This document shows positions 26,306-32,341 of a stretch of 32,341 nucleotides of DNA, in pieces. The notes under the pieces were generated by a model. It saw only the letters and a program-made list of their open reading frames with translations, was not told the origin of the DNA and searched no databases. The stretch's first letter is position 1, and each line of letters opens with the position of its first letter. Location of the stretch: contig NZ_AAWS01000006.1 in assembly GCF_000169175.1 (NCBI RefSeq), positions 263,192 through 295,532 on the forward strand. The letters are read 5' to 3'. Source of the DNA: Microscilla marina ATCC 23134. Lineage in GTDB: Bacteria > Bacteroidota > Bacteroidia > Cytophagales > Microscillaceae. Made by a program: the position numbers and the translations under genes.

Positions 26306-26731
26306 TTAACCAATCTCTACCATTTCAATATCAAATATCAGGTCTTTGCCCGCCAATGGGTGGTTAGCGTCTACTAAAATAGTAGTATCTTTGATCTCTT
26401 TTACGACTACCATGATCTGATTACCATTGGCAAGTTGAGCAGGCAATTCTGTACCTACCTTTACGTCCATTTGCTTTAATTGATCTTCATAAGGCATTTC
26501 TACCAACAGTTGATCATTCACAGGACCATACGCTTGGTCGCTGGGAATGTTGATGGTTTTATTTTCGCCTAGTCCCATTCCAATTACACCTTGCTCGAAT
26601 CCGGCAATCATTTGTTTTGCGCCTATGGTAAATTCGAGTGGTTCACGATCACGAGATGAGTCAAAGACAGTTCCATCAGTTAATTTGCCAGTATAGTGTA
26701 CCTTAACTTTGTTTCCGTTTTGTGCAGTCAT
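26306..26731 (-). CDS. slyD: FKBP-type peptidyl-prolyl cis-trans isomerase (SlyD-like)
   Basis: KVKVHYTGKLTDGTVFDSS...PLEFTIGAKQMIAGFEQGVIGM is the FKBP fold signature. An insert-in-flap-like region is present. 141 aa. Confidence 0.85.
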   Translation of the reverse strand: MTAQNGNKVKVHYTGKLTDGTVFDSSRDREPLEFTIGAKQMIAGFEQGVIGMGLGENKTINIPSDQAYGPVNDQLLVEMPYEDQLKQMDVKVGTELPAQLANGNQIMVVVKEIKDTTILVDANHPLAGKDLIFDIEMVEIG

Positions 26732-27011
26732 TGCAGAGGAGTTTTATAAAAAAATTAAATAAGCCATAAAGGTAGTGATAAAAGCTTGAAGCTACTATTC
26801 TGAACTATTTTTTAAGCCTTAGAGGAGTAATTCTTGATGAAAAATTGCAGAATAGTTCCTTTACCAACACATTGTGAAGAACCCATAAAAACTCCAAATT
26901 CCTGTAGGTTTGGCTCGATACTCCTCTAAATCAAGTTTGCTTTGAGCAAGCTGCAAATTGTCTGGGCAAAGGAACAGGCTGATAGAAGCACTCGAAAAAG
27001 TAGCTTGATAG

Positions 27012-27566
27012 CTAATTCTCCTCAGGAAACTCAAGGTATTGTACAGGCACCTGGTCGGTAAGCCACACACCGTTTTCAGACTGAAAAAATTTGTATCCAT
27101 CTTGTTGCATGTCCAAGGCATTTACAGTTAAAATTACAGGCTGCCCATGGCGCCCCCCTACTTTTGTAGCGGTGTCTATATCTGCCGAAAGGTGAACGTG
27201 GTGACGGTTTCTTTTCTTAAGCCCTTGCTCACGAATACTGTGGACAAAACGAGTAGCAGTGCCGTGATAGAGTTGAGCAGGTGGTTTGATAGCCTCATAC
27301 CCCAAATCAATCTGGATAGAGTGTCCCTGACTAGCTCTTATATAAGCCTCATCATCACTAAAAGCAAAACGCTTTTTGTCGTTTTGTGCCACTACCTTTT
27401 GCAGGTCTGCCAAAGTAATAGGGAAATAATTGTTAGAAAACCTATCTAATAACAAGTCTACTTCTACCCAACCTTCCTCATCCATGATCAACTCTATCTC
27501 TTCGGGACGGTGACGTAATACATAACTTAATCGTTTGCTTATTTTTACTATTTGGTTCTTCTGCAT
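27012..27566 (-). CDS. kptA: RNA 2'-phosphotransferase (Tpt1/KptA family)
   Basis: ISKRLSYVLRHRPEEIELIMDEEGWVEVDLLL and the LYHGT...HHVHLS block match the Tpt1/KptA catalytic motifs (the R-H-R-R tetrad context). 184 aa. Confidence 0.9.
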   Translation of the reverse strand: MQKNQIVKISKRLSYVLRHRPEEIELIMDEEGWVEVDLLLDRFSNNYFPITLADLQKVVAQNDKKRFAFSDDEAYIRASQGHSIQIDLGYEAIKPPAQLYHGTATRFVHSIREQGLKKRNRHHVHLSADIDTATKVGGRHGQPVILTVNALDMQQDGYKFFQSENGVWLTDQVPVQYLEFPEEN

Positions 27567-27681
27567 GCTTTTGTTAATTTGGTTATGAACTAATCAGTGA
27601 ATTACGAGGTAACATTGTTTGAAGTTGTATAAATTGCCGTGAAACCACTGGTTACGTAAGCCAACTATCAATATCTATCTT

Positions 27682-28416
27682 ATGAAAATATATTCAACAG
27701 TTAAAAAAGGAGAGCTACACCCTGTATATTGTGAAGATTTTCTCATTAGTACATTTATGGGGGAAAGTTATTATTTGGGAGCGGTGCTCGATGGTTGTTC
27801 ATCAGGCGAAGATTCTCATTTTGCTTCAGCATTGATGGGCAAATTGCTCAAAAAAATAAGCAAAGGTATTTCTCAGGAAGAACGCTTATTGTTTGAGTCT
27901 CCGCCACCTAGTGCCGAGAAAATAGCCACACAGGTGCTTCAAAAATTATTTTGGGAGCTACGCGATGCTCGCAAACAATTGGGGCTTGCCAATACCGAAA
28001 TTTTATCGACTTTGATTTTGCTGGTGTACGATGAAAACCTCAAGCAAGCTTATATTATGTCTATTGGTGATGGTATAATAGCCATTGATGGCAAAATTAC
28101 GGAGATAGACCAAGAAAATATGCCTGATTATATGGCGTATCATCTCAACCACAGTTTTGATCAATGGCAGCAAAAGCAAGAACATATTTTTAAGGTAGAT
28201 CAGCCCAAAGATATTAGTATTTCTACTGATGGCATTGATACTTTTCGCACCCATAAAACAGATAATCCCGCTGATTTTAGCCCAATAGAGTTTTTGTTGC
28301 TGGACAATACGCTCGAAAGTACTCAAAATATGCTGAGCCGTAAAGTCAACATCTTACAAAAACAGTATGGTTATTTGCCAGCTGATGATTTGAGTATTCT
28401 CAGAATTAAGTTTTAA
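27682..28416 (+). CDS. PP2C-like Ser/Thr protein phosphatase (short, divergent)
   Basis: CEDFLIS....YLGAVLDGCSSGEDSHFASALM resembles PP2C motifs 1-2 (the D-G-x-G-G metal-binding region). A later SIGDGI / DG motif is present. 244 aa. It lies immediately upstream of a kinase gene with a 21-bp gap. Confidence 0.55.
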   Translation: MKIYSTVKKGELHPVYCEDFLISTFMGESYYLGAVLDGCSSGEDSHFASALMGKLLKKISKGISQEERLLFESPPPSAEKIATQVLQKLFWELRDARKQLGLANTEILSTLILLVYDENLKQAYIMSIGDGIIAIDGKITEIDQENMPDYMAYHLNHSFDQWQQKQEHIFKVDQPKDISISTDGIDTFRTHKTDNPADFSPIEFLLLDNTLESTQNMLSRKVNILQKQYGYLPADDLSILRIKF

Positions 28417-28437
28417 CTTGGTTGACCCCATAGCACA

Positions 28438-30198
28438 ATGAAAGCAATTACTGAAAATGGTCATACCATTACAATTGATGATCAATATGAAATAAGGCGG
28501 GGAGGCGAAGGTAAAATTCTGACCATTCCTGAGCGCCCTGATCAGGTGGCCAAAATATATCTTGACCCAAACGTAACACACTTGGGTCAAGCCCAAAAAG
28601 ATGCCTTAAGCGTGTTAGATGCTACTTATTTTGTGCGCCCAATTGATTTGATTTATCAAAAAAAAGGCAAAAAAGCCAACACTCAAAAGGGGGCTATAGG
28701 TTTCACGATGGAGTATTTGCCTCCCGATTTTGTGCCATTGGCGGCTTTGTTCAAAAAAAACTATTGTACAACCAACCAAATAGACGCTGGCTTTAAAAAT
28801 GATTTGATTCAACAGTTGCCCTCAATTGTAGACCAGGCGCATAGTCAGGACATTGTCATTGGCGACCTGAGTGGTTACAATATTATGGTAAACCCACAAG
28901 GTACCCTCAAGTTTATAGATGTAGACGCTTATGAAACCCCCATTCATACTCATTCGGGGGTATTGTTTGACGAAATCAGGGATTACTTGTATAAAGGCAT
29001 TGTGTCAAAAAACAGCGATTATTTTGCTTTGTCAGTAGTGGTTTTTAACCTCCTTACTTATATGCACCCTTTCAAGGGGGTTCATAAGCTATACAAGGCA
29101 ATGGCAGAGCGTATGGTGCGTAAGATTCCAGTATTTGCCAACGACTCCAACCTTATCATACCTAAATGTTACCTACCAGTAAAAGATGTAGCTTTACAGC
29201 AACAATTTGAATTGTTGTATGTTGAAGGTGAACGGTTTATGCTTACGGTAGGGCAACCTGTAGCACCTAGTGTAACAACTCCAGTAGTAGCCCCTGCCAC
29301 GGTTACAGCGGGCAACTTAGCCGTTAAAGAAGTATACCAACCCAAGCCTGACGAGTATATCATCAGGGCAGTATTTCAGCAAAACCTGGGTTTGGTCATT
29401 ACCAATCACCAAACTTTGATATATGACACCAGCAATCAAGGGTATGTAATACTTAAACACAGTATTGCTTCAGCACAATTGCCAGCTTATTTGCCACAAG
29501 AGGAGCTAGAGTGGTTTGCAGGAGAAAAAAATATTTTGGCTTTATACCAAGGTAAACTATATCATTTGCTCAACGGTGGAGGTTTTCAACTCATTAGCAA
29601 TTTTAGCCTTTCGGCGAAAGCCAGGTACAAGCTAATCGACAATATATTGGTCGTACTGGATGGTGAACATAAACGTTGGGTGCATTTAGATGATATTACC
29701 AAAGATTTTATTCGCATTGAGCAAACACCAGTGTTTGTGCCTGGTTTTGATGTTTTCAATGGCTTGATCCAAAACACGGGTGGGGTACAATATGTATTCT
29801 ATCATTCAGGGCACAGTATTTCTACTGTAAAATCTGCCCTACCGTTGATTGCCTCTGTTCACATTCAAGGCAATGTAGGTTGGGTAAGTTATGATGAACA
29901 ATTGGTAGGTGAGGTTACCCGAAAATATGAATACTTTAGTATTGATGGGTTGCAAATGAAAATGAGCGGAGAGTTATTATCAGGGCAGAGGCACTTTGCT
30001 TACAAAGCCACTTCGCCTCAGGCAGGCATTGTGTTTGAACCTGACGATGACCAAATGCGGGTAAGACGTAGCCAGGACTTTAAGGTTCTGCAATCGTTTG
30101 ATTGTAGTATTCTTACTACCGAAAGTAGCCTGATGAGCACTCAGGCAGGAATTATTGCCTATGAAAAAGATTTTTGTTATTTGTTGAACAGTAAATGA
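28438..30198 (+). CDS. Atypical Hanks-type Ser/Thr protein kinase-like domain (~270 aa) fused to a ~300-aa C-terminal domain of unknown function
   Basis: G-loop-like RRGGEGKI. VAIK-like VAKIY. Catalytic-loop-like IGDLSGYNIMVN (Asp and Asn retained, HRD replaced by IGD). DFG-like FIDVDAYE. APE / helix F block SDYFALSVVVFNLLTYMHPF. 586 aa. Confidence 0.6.
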   Translation: MKAITENGHTITIDDQYEIRRGGEGKILTIPERPDQVAKIYLDPNVTHLGQAQKDALSVLDATYFVRPIDLIYQKKGKKANTQKGAIGFTMEYLPPDFVPLAALFKKNYCTTNQIDAGFKNDLIQQLPSIVDQAHSQDIVIGDLSGYNIMVNPQGTLKFIDVDAYETPIHTHSGVLFDEIRDYLYKGIVSKNSDYFALSVVVFNLLTYMHPFKGVHKLYKAMAERMVRKIPVFANDSNLIIPKCYLPVKDVALQQQFELLYVEGERFMLTVGQPVAPSVTTPVVAPATVTAGNLAVKEVYQPKPDEYIIRAVFQQNLGLVITNHQTLIYDTSNQGYVILKHSIASAQLPAYLPQEELEWFAGEKNILALYQGKLYHLLNGGGFQLISNFSLSAKARYKLIDNILVVLDGEHKRWVHLDDITKDFIRIEQTPVFVPGFDVFNGLIQNTGGVQYVFYHSGHSISTVKSALPLIASVHIQGNVGWVSYDEQLVGEVTRKYEYFSIDGLQMKMSGELLSGQRHFAYKATSPQAGIVFEPDDDQMRVRRSQDFKVLQSFDCSILTTESSLMSTQAGIIAYEKDFCYLLNSK

Positions 30199-30337
30199 AA
30201 CAACAAGGTATGAGCGTCAAGTTTCAAGTGAAGAGAACTTTTAGGGTAAGTTAATTATTCCTAAATGTTGTAATAACATAGCAGGAGCAAAAAGCTCTAA
30301 AAGCATACTTGTCGCTTGTACCTTGTCTCTTATTACT

Positions 30338-31864
30338 TTATTTACCCACTTTCACTACTTGTTTTTTCAGAGTGTTGAGGTCTATTTTAACTATTTGATG
30401 GTTGTTGGTGTCAGACACCCACATAGCATTGCCTACAAACATTACATCATTGGGCTCATTTAGCCCAGCCACAAAAGTTTTTAAGCGTTGGGTCTTAAGG
30501 TCAAACGTTTTGATTTTGCCGTTATAAGTGTCGGCAATATAGAGTTTGTTTGCACGAAAAGTAACCCCCACGGCATGTTGCAAACGCGCTTTGTTTGCCT
30601 TACCATCTACATCGCCAAACTCAAACAAACCTTTACCCAATGGTGTACTTACTTCTCCCTTTGCCAAGTCAATGGCACGAATGGCACTTGCCTCACTATC
30701 TGCCACATACAAAGTATTGCCATTCTTGACTAAACCGCTGGGTTGATTAAACGCCGACTTACGAAAACTGCCATCGGTCAGGGCTTCGCGCCCACTGCCA
30801 GCAAAACGTTTGACTAGATTGGTTTGTAAATCCATCGTCAAAATCTGATGGTTTCCAGCGTTGGCAATGTACATTACCTCTCCGTCAATCCATAAGTCCC
30901 AAGGGCTGTTAGGATTCACAGCAACACCCCAGCGCTCTTTGCCAAAGTAATAGTCTAACCGACCATCGCCTGCTATAGTTTTTACCTTTTTGCGTTTCAG
31001 GTCTACCCGTCTTATTACATTGTTTTTGGTATCTGCCACATACAAAAAATCACCTTTAAGTGCCAACCCGTGGGGTTCATAAAAAGTAGCCTTGTCAAAG
31101 TCTCCATCTTTTAAGCCTTGAGTTCCACTGCCGATTTGCAAGAGCACCTTGCCATTTTTATCTATTTTGAGAATACGGTTGTTGCCACTGTCTGAAATAT
31201 ATAACTCACCCTTGTCGCCTTGAATAATTTTGGAAGGAAACCGCAAAAAGGTGTGCTTGGTTTTGTTGCCTTGTTGGTCTTTCTCAAGCATAAACTTGAG
31301 CGGCGTGCGGTTGATCTTGTCGCCTCGTTCTTTGACCATTTTCTGAATGTACAAACGTACCGCATTGTAAAACCCCTCCCCGGCGGCATTGCCCACTACT
31401 CTTCCCTCAGGGTCGATGAGTACTACAGTAGGCCAAGCATTTACCCCATAGCTTTGCCATACCTTAAACTTAGCATCATTGACTACAGGGTGTTCAATGC
31501 CAAATTTAAGTATTGCTTTTCGGATGTTTTTGTTGGCTCGTTCTGAATAAAACTTTGCCGAATGTACCCCAATCACCACCAACTCGTTGGGGAATTCTTT
31601 TTCCAGCTTGCGCAAATCAGGGATTATGTGCTGACAATTGATGCAACCAAATGTCCAGAAGTCGAGCAATACCACCTTGCCTCTAAAATCTTTGATTTGC
31701 CACGATTTGTTGGTATTGAGCCAACCATAAGGCGTGTTTATTTCGGGGGCAGGGTATTTACCTTTGGTTTTGTAGTCAGCTGTGGTTTTATCGGATGAGG
31801 TTTGTGCCTGACAACTTAGAAAAGAAAGGGTGACCAAACTTATCAAAAACAAGAATTTATTCAT
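30338..31864 (-). CDS. Lipoprotein with N-terminal thioredoxin-like (TlpA/redoxin, CxxC) domain fused to a 6-blade NHL-repeat beta-propeller
   Basis: The track start at 31885 is TTG. The ATG at 31864 gives the lipoprotein signal MNKFLFLISLVTLSFLSC. Redoxin motif LLDFWTFGCINCQHIIP. Six NHL repeats (YISDSGNNRILKID, YVADTKNNVIRRVD, YIANAGNHQILTMD, YVADSEASAIRAID, YIADTYNGKIKTFD, WVSDTNNHQIVKID). Confidence 0.8.
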   Translation of the reverse strand: MNKFLFLISLVTLSFLSCQAQTSSDKTTADYKTKGKYPAPEINTPYGWLNTNKSWQIKDFRGKVVLLDFWTFGCINCQHIIPDLRKLEKEFPNELVVIGVHSAKFYSERANKNIRKAILKFGIEHPVVNDAKFKVWQSYGVNAWPTVVLIDPEGRVVGNAAGEGFYNAVRLYIQKMVKERGDKINRTPLKFMLEKDQQGNKTKHTFLRFPSKIIQGDKGELYISDSGNNRILKIDKNGKVLLQIGSGTQGLKDGDFDKATFYEPHGLALKGDFLYVADTKNNVIRRVDLKRKKVKTIAGDGRLDYYFGKERWGVAVNPNSPWDLWIDGEVMYIANAGNHQILTMDLQTNLVKRFAGSGREALTDGSFRKSAFNQPSGLVKNGNTLYVADSEASAIRAIDLAKGEVSTPLGKGLFEFGDVDGKANKARLQHAVGVTFRANKLYIADTYNGKIKTFDLKTQRLKTFVAGLNEPNDVMFVGNAMWVSDTNNHQIVKIDLNTLKKQVVKVGK

Positions 31865-32026
31865 ATAGATATTGATTTCTAACAAAATGGAGGGATTGCC
31901 CTCTTTTAATCATACTTGTTTGCAACTCAGACAAGTAATATAACAAACCTACGAAGGTATGCTTTGATTGGATGATAAGACAAAGAAAGGCAATTAGGAG
32001 GAAACGAAATGTCGGTTGGTTGACAA

Positions 32027-32341
32027 TTAATCAAACTTTACTCGCTTATAAATATCACTTACCTTAAGGCTTAAGTTCAACTTGGGCAAGGCAATTACTT
32101 GATTGGGGGCATTGTAAAGAGTATAAGACCATAAATCTTTTTGGCGGCTGTAAAGCTCTATTTCACAAGTATTTTGTTCTATCAACATGTAATACTCAAG
32201 TGAAGGCAAGCGCATATACGCTTTTTGCTTTTCGTTTTTGTCATAGCCTTGGGTAGACTTAGAGAGGACTTCTGCCACCAGAGAAGGGTGTTTTACATAC
32301 ACTTCTTGGTCGTTTTCTACATCATTGGCATCACAGGTAAC
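32027..32341 (-). CDS. Uma2-family (DUF820) endonuclease-like protein, 5'-truncated by the window edge. Paralog of 14290-14859.
   Basis: The visible C-terminal part PSLVAEVLSKSTQGYDKNEKQKAYMRLPSLEYYMLIEQ...LNLSLKVSDIYKRVKF aligns with SPSLVVEVLSKSTRQYDKDQKQNTYMRIPSLRYYILIDQ...LNLHLTVKDIYRKVKF of the first Uma2 gene. The reading frame stays open to the last base of the window. Confidence 0.7.
   Translation of the reverse strand, partial: VTCDANDVENDQEVYVKHPSLVAEVLSKSTQGYDKNEKQKAYMRLPSLEYYMLIEQNTCEIELYSRQKDLWSYTLYNAPNQVIALPKLNLSLKVSDIYKRVKFD

Noticed and set aside
26861-27121. ORF 26861-27121 (minus) extending the KptA region
   Set aside because: It overlaps the 3' end of kptA in another frame. 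There is no start context and no motifs.
28658-28760. Two A8 tracts inside the kinase gene as phase-variation sites
   Set aside because: At about 31% A, several A8 runs per 32 kb are expected by chance. Both are in frame (KK/KKN codons), with no evidence of a frameshift.
1-32341. Mobile element / genomic island boundaries (transposase, integrase, tRNA-adjacent att sites)
   Set aside because: No transposase, integrase, recombinase or terminal inverted repeat pair was found. The only duplicated genes (Uma2, the paralog pair) are too divergent to be recent insertions.

Overview
This 32.3-kb window is low-GC (~38-40%) chromosomal DNA that looks like a Bacteroidota genome of Cytophagales type. 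Supporting signs are the absence of Shine-Dalgarno sequences, an ECF sigma/anti-sigma pair, a Lacal_2735-family micro-protein, Uma2/DUF820 genes and large cytoplasmic LRR proteins. I can support about 30 protein-coding genes.

Genes in coordinate order:
- a CxxS thioredoxin-like protein;
- a pair of paralogous ~455-aa hypothetical proteins, one of them split by a +1 frameshift at an A7 run;
- an SDR oxidoreductase;
- a small outer-membrane beta-barrel protein;
- two adjacent leucine-rich-repeat (LRR) proteins carrying perfect intragenic tandem repeats;
- a SulP/STAS anion transporter;
- an MJ1255-type glycosyltransferase;
- an LpxH-like metallophosphoesterase;
- a Uma2-family endonuclease;
- a Lacal_2735 micro-protein;
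- an ECF sigma factor with a HEAT-repeat anti-sigma;
- proline dehydrogenase;
- a small membrane protein;
- a C39-peptidase ABC exporter convergent with a HlyD-family membrane-fusion protein (bacteriocin/RiPP-type export, but no precursor peptide visible);
- a four-TM protein followed by two GT2 glycosyltransferases and a DUF4230-like protein;
- SlyD/FKBP;
- RNA 2'-phosphotransferase KptA/Tpt1;
- a PP2C-like phosphatase followed by an atypical Hanks-type Ser/Thr kinase with a ~300-aa unknown C-terminal domain;
- a thioredoxin-NHL lipoprotein;
- a second, partial Uma2 paralog at the window edge.

I find no rRNA, tRNA, CRISPR, transposase or integrase. The most unusual signals are the frameshifted paralog pair with a conserved C-terminal Cys/His cluster, the perfect 69-bp and 138-bp tandem duplications inside an LRR gene, the exporter pair with no cargo, a 15-bp perfect inverted repeat upstream of that exporter, a GC-rich repeat/hairpin island, and the phosphatase-kinase dyad. 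All calls come from reading the six-frame translations and the nucleotide sequence by eye; no database search was possible.
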